Shown here one piece after another: positions 1-10,178 of a DNA stretch of 64,000 nucleotides; the first letter of the stretch is position 1; every line of letters starts with the position of its first letter. The stretch is from Planctomycetota bacterium (GTDB lineage Bacteria > Planctomycetota > SZUA-567 > H5-PLA8): positions 19,309-83,308 of the forward strand of contig JBBRPR010000038.1 of the NCBI GenBank assembly GCA_038227875.1. The letters run 5' to 3'. The notes beneath the pieces are model-generated. The model searched no databases. It saw nothing but the letters and a program-made list of their open reading frames with translations, and had not been told where the DNA came from. The position numbers and the translations under genes are program-made.

Positions 1-3000
1 CACCGCACTGCCCGCGGCCAGCGAACCGTCGACCAGCATCGTTCCCGCACTGACGGTCGTCGCGCCTGTGTACGTATTAACGCCAGAAAGTTTCAGCGTG
101 CCCGTTCCGGTTTTGCTCAGCGCACCCGTGCTGGAGATCACGCCGCTGAGCGTGAGCACATTCGTCGCGGTGTCGATCTGAAACGCGCCCGTGCCGCCCG
201 CGGCTAAGGTGAACGGCATCGTGCTGCTCGGCGACGTATTTCCGGTCAGTTCCAGCGTTCCCGTTTGTGTGTTGGAACCGAGCGTGACCGACGGAACGTG
301 GCCGAGCGGCTGATCGGTGCTGACGTTCGCCACCGTTCCCACCGAGATCGCACCCTGCGCGATGGTCGTGCCGCCCGTGAAGGTGTTGGTGCCGGACAAG
401 GTCAGCGTGCCGGTGCCGGACTTGGTGAGGAATCCGGTACCCGAGATCACGCCCGCATAGGCGGCCGGGCTGGTGTTGTCGGAACCGACCGTCAGCGTCG
501 CCGCGCCGAGTGTCACGTTGCCGCCGGTAGCTCCGCCGCCGGTGAGCGAACCGATGGTATTGTTGAAGCCAGTGGTGTCGAGAACCACGCCGGCCGTGTT
601 GGCCAGCGTCACGGCGGACGTCACACCAAACGCCTGCGTCGCGATACCGGCCTTCAGCGTTCCGCCGTTCACGGTCATCGCGCCGGTGTAGGCATTCGCG
701 CCGGAGACGGTCAGCGTTCCCGTTCCGGTTTTGGCAATGCCGCCGGTTCCGGAGATCACACCCGCGTACGCGGTGCTCGTGTTGTTCCCGCCCGCCGTCA
801 AGGTCGCCGCGCCCAGGGTCACATTGCCGCCCAGCGCTCCGCCGCCGGCGAGCGAACCGATGGTGTTGCTGAAGCCGGTGATGTCGAGCGTCACGCCCGC
901 AACGTTGGCCAGCGTGACGGCCGAATTGACGCCGAACGCCTGCGTCGCGACGCCGGCTTTCAGCGTTCCCACATTAACTGTAGTCGCGCCGGAATAGGTG
1001 TTGGTTCCAGACAACGTGATCGTGCCCGAACCATTTTGCGTCAACGTTCCTGTTCCGCTGATCGTGTTGCTCACGCCCAGTGCCGCGGTCCGATTGAAAA
1101 TCAGTGCGCCACTGTCGGTGACCGCACCGGTACCGAGCGTCCCGGTCGCTCCGCCGTTGCCGATCTGCAGCGTGCCCGCGTTGATCGAAGTGGTTCCCGT
1201 GTAGGTATTGGTTCCGGTGAAAATCCACGTGCCCGCGTTGCTCTTCGCAACAGACGTTGCGCCACCATTGTCGCCCACCACCGCGGCGAGAATATTGCTT
1301 CCGGCGTTCGTACCCGTCAGCGTCAGCGTGCGCGTTCCCGCGGCGGCGTTGAAGCCCATCGCGCCGGCATTGTTGAAATTCAGTGCGCCCGCGCCGGAGG
1401 AATCGATCGTGCCGCTATTGATTCCCACACTGAAAAGTCGATCGGTGGTGACACCCGCGCCGGTGTACTGCAGCGTGCCGCCGTCGAGGATCAGATTCGT
1501 CGCGACGTTCGTGGAGGCGCCGATGTTGCTGTTGGCGCCGCCGTTGGCCAGTGACGCGACGCTCAGCGTTCCGGCGGTCACGGCGGTCAGTCCCGTGTAT
1601 GTGTTCGTTCCCGAAAGCGTTAGCACGCCACTTCCGGCCTGCGCGACGCTGCCCGTGCCGCTGACCACGTTCGAGACGGCGATGTTGTCGGTGCGATTAA
1701 AGACCAGCGCGCCATTGTCGGTCACACCCGCGGTGCCCAGTGACCCAGTCACGCCGGCGTTACCGATCTGCAAGGTTCCGGCGCTGATGGTGGTCAGGCC
1801 GCTATACGTATTCGCGCCGGTCAGAATCGTCGTGCCGGTTCCCGCTTGAGTCAGGGTGCCCGTTCCACTGATGGCGCTGCTGACGGTGAGTGCATTTGTA
1901 CGGTTGAAGGTCAGAATCGCGTTGTCCGTGACCGCTCCAGTGCCGAGCGTACCGGTGAGACCCGCGTTGCCGATCTGCAGCGAGCCTGCGCTGATCGTCG
2001 TGGTTCCGGAGTAGCTGTTGGCACCGGCCAGGATCACCGTCCCCGCGCCGCTGCTGGTAAGTCCGCCGGTGTTGCTGAGCGCGCCGTTGATGGTCGTCGC
2101 GCCGGCTGAAGCCAGCGTCACCAGCAGGCCGCCGTTGTCGATGGCGCCATTGAGCGTCAGTGTGCCGCCGGCGATCGTCGTCACGGTCGGCGCGGCAGTG
2201 GCGAACGTAATCGCATTGTTGATCGTGTTCGCTCCGGCCGTCGCGCTGTAATTCAACGCCGTGGCTCCGCCGGCCAGCGTCACGCCATTGCCGTTCAGGA
2301 TGTAACCGGCGCTCTGGAACTGGATGAAATTGAAACTCGTTCCCGCCGCAATGTTGTTGGTGTTGGTGGTCTTGCGCGCTGCGCCGGCGGCTCCGAAAAG
2401 CAGACTGTCGCCGACGCCCGGCGCCACGCCGCCGACCCAGTTAAACCCCGTCGACCAATTATTGTTGCTGCCACCGCCGTTCCAGATGTAAGTACCGACC
2501 ACGCGCGTCAGCACCACGCTGTTGGCGTTGTAGGTAATTTTGAAATTCTGGCCGCTGATCGGAAAGATCGTGTTGTTCGGCAAGCCGGCAAACGTGCCGC
2601 TCACCGCACCCGTGCTGGAAATGATGGTGAACGCCGTCCCGTTGACTGGAAAATAGCCGACGCCGATGGTGGAATTCAGCGTGCTGCCGCCCAAGTTGAT
2701 CGCGCCGGTGACGCTGAGCTGATCGTAATTCGTTCCAACAACCGGTCCGTTGATTTGAATATTCAAGTCCGCGGCGGCGTTGAGCGTAACGGCGCCGGTG
2801 GTCAGGATGCCGGGGTTGCTGTCGGGATCGCCGGGACTGATCGCGCCTCCGAGCGCCGACGACGTCACCGTTCCGAAAACGGTGCCGGTGCCGCCCAGCG
2901 TGCCGCCGGTCAGCGAGACGGCGCTGCCCGCCGCGATCGAACCATCAACCAGCAGGTAGCCGTTGTTGATCGTGGTGACGCCGGTGTAGGTGTTGACGGC

Positions 3001-6000
3001 CACGAGTTTCAGCGTGCCGGTACCGGACTTGGTCAACGCGGGCGTGTTGGTGTTGACGATGGGATTGTTGATCGTGAGCGTACCGGTGCCGGCCGTGACC
3101 ACGATCAATTCCGAAGTCGCGGAGGTCACTGTCAGCGCAATCGCGCCGCCGCCGATGGTCGCCGCAGCTCCGTTGCGCGCGATTAAGCCGCCCGCGCCGA
3201 CACTGACGGTGGTCGCGGCTCCGGCCGTCTGCGTCAAGCTGCCACCGGGGTTGAAGGCAATCGAGAATGGCACGTTGGCGGGCGCGCTGTTGACCGTCAC
3301 CGCGTTCTGAACAATCGCCACTGAACCGGCGGTCGGCGGACCGGCCGGCGTCCACGTGGATGGCGTATTCCAATCGGTGTTCGCTTGCGAGGTATAAACC
3401 GGAGCGGCGAAAGTCAGTCCGTTAACGATACCGTCGGCCGCGTTGGTCGTGTCGTATGTGGAAGAACTGGTCACACCGGCAATCGTCACCGTCGCGTACG
3501 TGACAGCTCCGGCAGCCTGTGCGGCGGAGGTCAAGTGCGCCAGCCCCGTTCCGCCGCCGGTGTTGCGAACGTAATTCAACGTCGCTCCGGACGTGCGCGA
3601 GAAGGCGAGCGTCGAAGCCAGGCGCGTCCGGCCGGTGCCGTTGGGCGTCAGCGAGATGCTGTTGTCGCCGCTGCTGAAGACGAGTTGCGATACCGTTTCC
3701 GTACGATCCGTGTTGGCCGGTGCTTCGATGCTGAAATTTCCGCCGTTGAACGTGACGACGGCAGCATCGGGAATGCGATTGGGATTCGCCACGCCGCTGG
3801 CATCGATATCCAGCGTGCCTCCGGTGTTTAGCGTAACACCGCTGGTGGCCAGTGTCCCGGTGTCGCCTTTCAGTTGCAGCGTGCCGCCGTTGACCGTCGT
3901 CGCGCCCGTGTACGTTTCGGCAGTGGTGAAAACCAGCGTGCCCAGCGCAGACGTGGAACCGGCCGTGATCGCAAAAGCTCCGCTAATCGTATTGGAGAAG
4001 GTCACCGTACTTCCGGTCGCCGCCGTAAAAAACGTATTCGAACCCATCGTCACCGTGCCATTAAACGTGCCGGTCGTGCCGGAGAGCGAACCGATCGTGT
4101 TCGTGGACGCGCCGTTACCTGTGGTCGTGATGTTCTGCGGAATCGTGACGTTGCCGTCGATCAGCAGCGCCGCGTTGGCGACCGCGCGGTTGAACGTCGC
4201 GCCGTTGACACCGATTGATGCCGGAGCGCCCAGCGCATTGTTGTTGGCCAGCGCCAGCGTGCCGCACCACACCGCAATGGCCCCGGTGAACGTATTGTTG
4301 CCGCTCAATTCCACCGTGCCGGTAAACGAGCCGGCGGCGTCGCTGTAGCCGACATTCAAATTCGGTCCGCTGACCACGCCGCTGTTGATCCACACCGTAC
4401 CGGGGTTGGCCAGGAAGAACGAGCTGTTGATGCTGATAGCGCGGTTACCCGTAAACGTCGTCGCGCCCACGGCCGCGATGGCGTTGTTGTTGGTCATGAT
4501 CAGCGTATTGACCGGGTCGCCGAAACTGGCGTCGCTGTTGAACTCCAGATTCGTCGCGTTGGCCATGGAAAGATTAGCGATGTACGTGTTGGCTCCGGCC
4601 AGCGAGAGCCATGCATCGGAATTTCCAATCAGGTTCAAAGTCTGCCCGACTCCGCCGCCGCTGATCACACCGGTGATCACGATGGGTGTGGCGGACGTGG
4701 TGTTGTTGGGAATGTTGATCGAGATGCCCGTCACGCCGGCGCCCAGCGTCATCGGATTGTTTACATTCGTCACGGCCGTAAGCGTAAATGTCGTCCCGTC
4801 ATTGAGTGTAATGGTCGTGGCGGGATCGCCGAGTTGGTTGGCGTTGCTGATCTGCAGAGTGCCTGCCGCAACGGTCAGGAATTCTCCCGCGCCGCCGAAG
4901 GTGTTGACGCCGGTCGGAAGCAGCGTTCCGGTGTTGGTCTTCGTCAGCGAATTGGCGCCCGAGATCACGCCGGAAAGCGTCAGCGTCGTGGCCGCCGCGA
5001 CGTTCAGTGTGCCGTCGCCCGCAGCCATGATGTAACCGCGGGCGGAGGTGAATGTCGCAGTCGTCGCCAGCGTACCGCCGCCGAGCGTCACGGTGTTGGC
5101 GGCGTTGCCCAGATTGTTGTCGGCTGCAATCGAGAATGTACCGCCGCTGAGAGTCACGGCGCCGGTAAACGTGCTGGCCACGGGACTGGTCAGTATTCCG
5201 GCTCCAGTTTTCGTCAGCCCCGCCGCGCCGCTGATGATGCCGTTGAGCGCCGTGGCGCCGTCGCTGTTGACCGTCACCAGCAGGCCGCCGTTGTTGATGG
5301 TTCCGCCGATCGTCAGCGTGCCGCCGGCCAGGCAGGTGATCGTCGGCGCGCTGGTGGCGAAGATCAGCGGGATGCTGATGGAGTTGGCACCCGCAAAATT
5401 ATTGTTCACCGCCGCCGCGCCGCCGTTGAGCGTCACGCTGTTGCCACTGAGCGTGTAACCGGAATCGGTGAATTGAATCGAGCCGAACGTCGTCGCCGCA
5501 GCGAAATTGTTCGTGTTGGTGGTCTTTCGTGCCGCACCCGCGGCTCCGAAAATCAGATTGTCGCCGACCCCTGGCGCAACGCCGCCGACCCAGTTGCCTC
5601 CGGTCGTCCAGTTGTTGTCCGCGCCTGCGCCGTTCCAGGTGAAATTTCCGACGAAGCGCGTGATCACCACACTGTTGGCGTTGTACGTGATCTGAAAATT
5701 CAATCCACCGATCGCAAAGATGGCGTTGTTGGCCAGCCCGGTGAATGTGTTGGAGATCGCGCCAGTACTGGTAAGAATCGTATACGTATCGCCGTTAAGC
5801 GGCACATAGCCCAGCGTGGCGTTGAGCGTACAATTGGTGAGATTGACCGCGCCGGTGACTGCAATCTGGTCGTACCCGGTACCGACCGTTGTCGAATTCA
5901 ATTGCACTTTCAACGATGACGCGGCGGAAAATGAGAGCGCACCGGTCGCCAGAGTTTCGGGATTCGTGTCCGGATCGCCGGCGCTCAGCGTGCCGCCCGC

Positions 6001-7599
6001 AACAGTGACGCTGCCGCCGACCGCTCCCGTGCCGCCGAGCGTCGCGCCAGCGCTTACGGTTACCGCGCTGCCGGCGGCAAGAGAACCGTCGACGAGCAGA
6101 ATTCCCGTACTCACCGACGTTGCACCCGTATACGTGTTGACGGCCGTCAGTGTCAGCGTGCTGGAACCCGCCTGCGTCAGCGTGCCCGTGCCACCGATGA
6201 CATTGCTGACGGAATACGCATTGGTCCGGTTGAAAACCAGCGCCGCGTTGTTGGTGACACCGGCGGTGCCGAGCGTACCTGTCGCGCCCGCGTTTCCGAT
6301 CTGCAACGTGCCCGCGCTGATCGTCGTTGTTCCGGAATACGTGTTGGCACCGGTGAGAATCGACGTACCTGTGCCCGCCTGCGTCAGCGTGCCCGTCCCG
6401 CTGATCACATTGGCCACGGTCATGCTGTTGGTGCGGTTGAAGGTCAGCGCCGCGTTGTCGGTCACCGCGCCCGTGCCCAGCGTTCCGGTCGCGCCTGCAT
6501 TGCCGATCTGCAGTGTGCCGGCGCTGATCGTGGTGGTTGCCGTATACGTGTTCGCACCCGACAGGATCACGGTCCCCGCGGAGGATTTGGTAAATGCCCC
6601 CGCGCCCGCGAGAATTGCCGAAACGGTTCCGGCCTGCATGTCGAACGCCGTCGCACTCGTCACCGTGCCGTTTTGCAACGTACCGTTGTTGACCACCGAT
6701 ACCGTCGGAATCGTCAGAGACTGGGCGCTCAGGTCGACCGTAGCGGTATCAACTTTTAGTGTCCCAGACACAGTTGTTGCGGCGGCGATGGTTTTCGTAC
6801 CGCCCACACTGCCGGTGAGATTGACGTACGCTTTCGCGAGCACCGCCTGATTCGCATTCGCGTCGTAGACGACCGTGGCGCCGGTGCCGTTCAGCGTAAC
6901 CGTATTCACACCCGTGCCGGATAGCGTCCACGGCGTCGCGTTGCCGAGGTTCAGCGTCGCGCTGCCATTGGTCATGGTAAAGCTTGACGTGTTGGCTGCG
7001 TTGGCGTTGACGGTCGTGAGTGTGCCGTTGACATCCACCAGCCCGCTGCCAAACGTGAAGGCAGCATTGTGAATGCGGGCGTTGCTGGTACCGATGAAAC
7101 TGTTGAGCGTCAGAGTGCCAGTCACTACAAACGACGCGATCGACGAGGTCATCGTCATCGCGTAGGTACCGTTAACCGTGGAAGCCACCGCCGTACCCAC
7201 GACCACCGTCGCGCACTGCAACGAGCCCGCGCCGGCGATAGTACACGCTGTGGCGCTGTTCAGCAGGCCTTTCAACGTAACGGAAGTGGTGACCGTCAGG
7301 GTAAAGCCGGCGTTCACCGTGACCGTTCCCGAAGTGCTGCCGAACGCCAGGGAATTGCAGGTCCGGTTGCCATCGACAGTCAGAGTGAAGCCCGTGCCGA
7401 CAACGATGTCATCGGTCGCCGCCGGAATAACGCCACCCGGCCACGGCGCGTTGTTCACCACGGAACTCCAGGCGCCCGATCCCGTCGTGGTGATTGTCGC
7501 CGCCTGCGCGCTGGCGCCAAGGAACAGTACCACCAACGCCGCAGCAAAAATCCCTGCGCGCATCCGTGACTGCACCTCTGGCCATCCAACCATCCTCAT
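1..7599 (-). CDS. Giant secreted adhesin with autotransporter-associated beta-strand (PATR) repeats; 3' end lies outside the window (>2500 aa)
   Basis: Missing from the ORF track because it has no stop in the window. The same minus-strand frame reads from ATG 7599 (alternative starts 7593, 7563) and at position 1, and the + strand shadow ORFs keep a constant phase in between. Signal peptide MRAGIFAAALVVLFLGASAQA; many LTKxGxGTLTLxGxNTYxGxTTxxxGTL repeats. Confidence 0.9.
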   Translation of the reverse strand, partial: MRMVGWPEVQSRMRAGIFAAALVVLFLGASAQAATITTTGSGAWSSVVNNAPWPGGVIPAATDDIVVGTGFTLTVDGNRTCNSLAFGSTSGTVTVNAGFTLTVTTSVTLKGLLNSATACTIAGAGSLQCATVVVGTAVASTVNGTYAMTMTSSIASFVVTGTLTLNSFIGTSNARIHNAAFTFGSGLVDVNGTLTTVNANAANTSSFTMTNGSATLNLGNATPWTLSGTGVNTVTLNGTGATVVYDANANQAVLAKAYVNLTGSVGGTKTIAAATTVSGTLKVDTATVDLSAQSLTIPTVSVVNNGTLQNGTVTSATAFDMQAGTVSAILAGAGAFTKSSAGTVILSGANTYTATTTISAGTLQIGNAGATGTLGTGAVTDNAALTFNRTNSMTVANVISGTGTLTQAGTGTSILTGANTYSGTTTISAGTLQIGNAGATGTLGTAGVTNNAALVFNRTNAYSVSNVIGGTGTLTQAGSSTLTLTAVNTYTGATSVSTGILLVDGSLAAGSAVTVSAGATLGGTGAVGGSVTVAGGTLSAGDPDTNPETLATGALSFSAASSLKVQLNSTTVGTGYDQIAVTGAVNLTNCTLNATLGYVPLNGDTYTILTSTGAISNTFTGLANNAIFAIGGLNFQITYNANSVVITRFVGNFTWNGAGADNNWTTGGNWVGGVAPGVGDNLIFGAAGAARKTTNTNNFAAATTFGSIQFTDSGYTLSGNSVTLNGGAAAVNNNFAGANSISIPLIFATSAPTITCLAGGTLTIGGTINNGGLLVTVNSDGATALNGIISGAAGLTKTGAGILTSPVASTFTGAVTLSGGTFSIAADNNLGNAANTVTLGGGTLATTATFTSARGYIMAAGDGTLNVAAATTLTLSGVISGANSLTKTNTGTLLPTGVNTFGGAGEFLTVAAGTLQISNANQLGDPATTITLNDGTTFTLTAVTNVNNPMTLGAGVTGISINIPNNTTSATPIVITGVISGGGVGQTLNLIGNSDAWLSLAGANTYIANLSMANATNLEFNSDASFGDPVNTLIMTNNNAIAAVGATTFTGNRAISINSSFFLANPGTVWINSGVVSGPNLNVGYSDAAGSFTGTVELSGNNTFTGAIAVWCGTLALANNNALGAPASIGVNGATFNRAVANAALLIDGNVTIPQNITTTGNGASTNTIGSLSGTTGTFNGTVTMGSNTFFTAATGSTVTFSNTISGAFAITAGSTSALGTLVFTTAETYTGATTVNGGTLQLKGDTGTLATSGVTLNTGGTLDIDASGVANPNRIPDAAVVTFNGGNFSIEAPANTDRTETVSQLVFSSGDNSISLTPNGTGRTRLASTLAFSRTSGATLNYVRNTGGGTGLAHLTSAAQAAGAVTYATVTIAGVTSSSTYDTTNAADGIVNGLTFAAPVYTSQANTDWNTPSTWTPAGPPTAGSVAIVQNAVTVNSAPANVPFSIAFNPGGSLTQTAGAATTVSVGAGGLIARNGAAATIGGGAIALTVTSATSELIVVTAGTGTLTINNPIVNTNTPALTKSGTGTLKLVAVNTYTGVTTINNGYLLVDGSIAAGSAVSLTGGTLGGTGTVFGTVTSSALGGAISPGDPDSNPGILTTGAVTLNAAADLNIQINGPVVGTNYDQLSVTGAINLGGSTLNSTIGVGYFPVNGTAFTIISSTGAVSGTFAGLPNNTIFPISGQNFKITYNANSVVLTRVVGTYIWNGGGSNNNWSTGFNWVGGVAPGVGDSLLFGAAGAARKTTNTNNIAAGTSFNFIQFQSAGYILNGNGVTLAGGATALNYSATAGANTINNAITFATAAPTVTTIAGGTLTLNGAIDNGGLLVTLASAGATTINGALSNTGGLTSSGAGTVILAGANSYSGTTTISAGSLQIGNAGLTGTLGTGAVTDNAILTFNRTNALTVSSAISGTGTLTQAGTGTTILTGANTYSGLTTISAGTLQIGNAGVTGSLGTAGVTDNGALVFNRTDNIAVSNVVSGTGSVAQAGSGVLTLSGTNTYTGLTAVTAGTLSVASLANGGANSNIGASTNVATNLILDGGTLQYTGAGVTTDRLFSVGINSGTIDSSGAGALNFNNAGAMGFNAAAGTRTLTLTGTNAGSNILAAVVGDNGGATSVAKSNAGTWIFTGTNTYTGTTSINAGTLQIGNGGATGTLGTGAVTDSGALIFNRTAALGVSNTISGTGTLTQNGSGTITLSGTNTYSGATTVNVGTLKAGVATQAFGVNSAVTLANVAGVTLDITGFSNTIGSLAGGGALGGNVTLGAATLTAGGNNTSTAYAGVISGTGGIAKTGTGTLTVSGANAYTGAMTVNGGTLKAGIATQAFGVTSAVTLANTAGVVLDTTGFNNTIGSLTGGGATGGNVTLGAATLTVGSDNTSPAAYAGVISGTGFLTKSGTGTLTLSGTNTFTGGTTIAQGAISVGTVANVSTDQPLGHVPSVTLGSNTQTGTLELTGNTSPSSTMPFTLAAGGTGAFQIDTATNVLTLSGVISSTGALSKTGTGTLKLSGVNTYTGATTVSAGTMLVDGSLAAGSAV

Positions 7600-7609
7600 C
7601 CGAATTCCG

Positions 7610-7918
7610 CTACTCCGCCTTTTCCGCCGCCGAAACCTTGATGTTCGCGTCGTCGATCTTCGAGCCCGTCAGTTTTACTTTCAGTCCCTTGGCCGCCCAG
7701 TCCTTCAGGTCTTTAGCCGTGTCGCTGTCGGCCCACACATTCACGACCACGTCTTTCGCGCCTTCCTTGAACGTCAGCGTTGCTACGACTCCTTCTTTTG
7801 CGCCCGCCGGGGCCGCCGCCAGCGTGCCCGTCCAGACCTGATTGATCGCACTGGCCGGCGCCGACAGCAGCAGTAAAAACACCAGCGCCAGCGGCACCGC
7901 CTGATTCATTCGTCGCAT
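7610..7918 (-). CDS. Small secreted hypothetical protein (102 aa)
   Basis: Signal peptide (LALVFLLLLSAPASA), beta-rich mature part, tight spacing inside the operon. Confidence 0.8.
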   Translation of the reverse strand: MRRMNQAVPLALVFLLLLSAPASAINQVWTGTLAAAPAGAKEGVVATLTFKEGAKDVVVNVWADSDTAKDLKDWAAKGLKVKLTGSKIDDANIKVSAAEKAE

Positions 7919-7929
7919 CGCGTCATCCT

Positions 7930-9111
7930 TTATTTTCGCTTCAGCACAAACCGAGCGTTGGCGTTCAGCACGTTCCGGCTGACTTTGTAGAGCACCTTCG
8001 GCTGATCGATGTACACCTGGTTGCTCAGCGTCAGACTGATCGGCAGCGACGCCATCGCGCCGGCCTTGGGCGTGGCCACGTTGGTCAGGCCGCTGGCCGC
8101 GAGCGCCGCCGCAAAGTCGCCGCGGAGGAAGAAGTTGATCTTCACCGGCCCGCCGAAGAACTGTTTCCGGATCAGTTTGCGGACGAGCGAGAAGCGATTG
8201 GTGCCGGACTTGCCACGTCCGTTCTTATCCATCGTGAATGTCGCCGTCACATTCCCCACAGCGACCTGCACCGTTTGTTTCAGCGGATTGAATCCCGCCG
8301 GCAGCGTCACCAGGCCGAAGACCTGAATTCGGTCGCGGCCCTTGATCTTGAAGTTTAAATTGATGCTCGCGCGCGTGACCGTCCACGGCAGCACCGTCGG
8401 CGGAATCACTGCCGCGCCCTGCGAAACCTTGACCAGCATCGGCACCAGCAACACGCCTCCGAAGCCATCGGTGACCGTGATCGTTGCCAGGTACGAATTG
8501 GCCGTGGGATAGTTATGCTGAACCGTCGCCCCGCTGCCAAACGTCCCATCGCCAAAATCCCACGAATAGTTCAGCGTCGCCCCGACCGGGCTCGTCGCCA
8601 GACACGTGAAGTTGACCATGTCCGCCGTCGTCGGCGCCGCCGGAGAAAAACTCGGATTGATCGTAAACACCGGCGGAATATCGCCGTAGTTGAAGGCCAG
8701 GCCGGAGCCCTTAGGTATCGGCACGTTACCGGGTGTGCGGAACACGTTGTCGAAGAGAGCCACCCGCTTGGCGCCGAAACTGTTCAGCGAACCATCGTAA
8801 AGTATATTGAGCGTGCGAGCGTCGGCCCAGACCAATTGACGCGCGGTCAGGCCGGCAGGCAGCAGGACCTGCTTAATGTCGATCTGCGTGATATTCATGT
8901 CTTCGCTAAAGACGAATTGAATCTGAGGTGTGGCGCTGGTGATTGTCGAACCGTCCGTCGGAAGTGTTGAGATAATGACCGGCGCGTTTCCGGTTCGGTT
9001 CGCGACCGTCGCGCTGATACCGACTCCCAGACCTGAATTCTTGCTTGCTGCCGCAAATACAGACGAAGCTGTTAGAGTTGCCAGCAGGCAAAGAATCCAA
9101 GATCTAAACAT
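7930..9111 (-). CDS. Secreted Ig-like (Big_5-type) + PKD domain protein with shared C-terminal domain
   Basis: Signal peptide; P-x-DG...FSEDMN Ig motif; PKD motif YSWDFGDG...HNY...Y.ATITVTDG; basic C-terminal domain shared with three other proteins in the window. Confidence 0.85.
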   Translation of the reverse strand: MFRSWILCLLATLTASSVFAAASKNSGLGVGISATVANRTGNAPVIISTLPTDGSTITSATPQIQFVFSEDMNITQIDIKQVLLPAGLTARQLVWADARTLNILYDGSLNSFGAKRVALFDNVFRTPGNVPIPKGSGLAFNYGDIPPVFTINPSFSPAAPTTADMVNFTCLATSPVGATLNYSWDFGDGTFGSGATVQHNYPTANSYLATITVTDGFGGVLLVPMLVKVSQGAAVIPPTVLPWTVTRASINLNFKIKGRDRIQVFGLVTLPAGFNPLKQTVQVAVGNVTATFTMDKNGRGKSGTNRFSLVRKLIRKQFFGGPVKINFFLRGDFAAALAASGLTNVATPKAGAMASLPISLTLSNQVYIDQPKVLYKVSRNVLNANARFVLKRK

Positions 9112-9157
9112 AACCAGGCCTTTTTCACAGTTGCATCATCAAGAAGTAGCGCACTTT

Positions 9158-10096
9158 TCACGGCTTTTTGGCCGGCGCAATGTCCGCGAGTGGTTGCAGC
9201 GCGATAATCGATCGCGCCCGCAGAAAATCAGTTACTTTGCCTTTCTCATCGGCGACAAAAACCAGCTCTTCATAGTTCTTGCCGCGCACTGCTGAGGAGG
9301 GCACGTTCACTTTCAACGATAGAGCTTTGGATTCACCCGCTTTCAAGGTGAAGGGCTTGTCCATTTCGATCCATTCGTCTTTTAGCACCGGTGTGCAACC
9401 TTTGCCGTAATAGCGTTCGTGGTGTCCGACTTCCTTTTCCACCTCGCCGATCCGCTTCAACGAGTATGTGTGTTCCTCTTTCGAATTATTCGTGAATTTG
9501 GTCAGCACCGTCCAGAACGTTCCTGGTTGCGTCTCCGGCATTTCCAGTATGGAAGGAATTACCGTCGTTTCGCCAAGCGCTTCTTTCGACATCGGTTCGG
9601 CGAGCGTTTCCAATTGAACTCGTGATGCAACTTGCAAGCCAACAACGCCCGTCGCATTGGCTTTACCAGGGCTGCAGCAGACCACAACCATCCATTTTTG
9701 ATTGTACAATTCTGGTTTGTCGGGAACTTTAACGAACAAGTTCACTTTGCCTTCGGATTTGGCCGGGACTTCCAACTCTTCTTTATCCAGCGAGCACCAA
9801 GCAGCATCAGGAATGTCACGGTATCCCAGTTCCCAAGAACCTAGAACGCCAGAAACCTTCCTCACAGCGATGTTGAAAACCTGCGCCTTGTCCGTACCGT
9901 TGTAGACAATGAATGAGCCTGTACCCGCGAAGACATCGACCTTGTCGGCTCCGGGGCGAATGTTCTCGACCAGAACCATTCCTGGCCCGATGCCAAATCC
10001 GGTTCCACCTTCAGCACCCCACGCTGGCGAGGTCGTAACTAGAACTGCCAGCACGATTACGAAAGAGCGAAATAAGGAAGAAGATGGAATGTGCAT
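9158..10096 (-). CDS. Secreted two-Ig-domain protein, chaperone-like (PapD/DUF916-like)
   Basis: Signal peptide ending SPAWG-A; two repeats of P..l...pG..N.....F/Y...W...l.a.e...V.VP......Y; sits directly downstream of the four paralogous subunits. Family assignment is inference. Confidence 0.7.
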   Translation of the reverse strand: MHIPSSSLFRSFVIVLAVLVTTSPAWGAEGGTGFGIGPGMVLVENIRPGADKVDVFAGTGSFIVYNGTDKAQVFNIAVRKVSGVLGSWELGYRDIPDAAWCSLDKEELEVPAKSEGKVNLFVKVPDKPELYNQKWMVVVCCSPGKANATGVVGLQVASRVQLETLAEPMSKEALGETTVIPSILEMPETQPGTFWTVLTKFTNNSKEEHTYSLKRIGEVEKEVGHHERYYGKGCTPVLKDEWIEMDKPFTLKAGESKALSLKVNVPSSAVRGKNYEELVFVADEKGKVTDFLRARSIIALQPLADIAPAKKP

Positions 10097-10178
10097 GCGT
10101 GTGCCCCTCAGAAAAGAGGACTTCCTCTCAAAAATTTAATTTGGCAAATTCCGGCAAAAACGTCCATGCGAGTATCCC

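Noticed and set aside
265..7876. Many long + strand ORFs over the adhesin
   Set aside because: Antisense shadows (Val/Pro- or Arg-rich) of the single minus-strand PATR gene.
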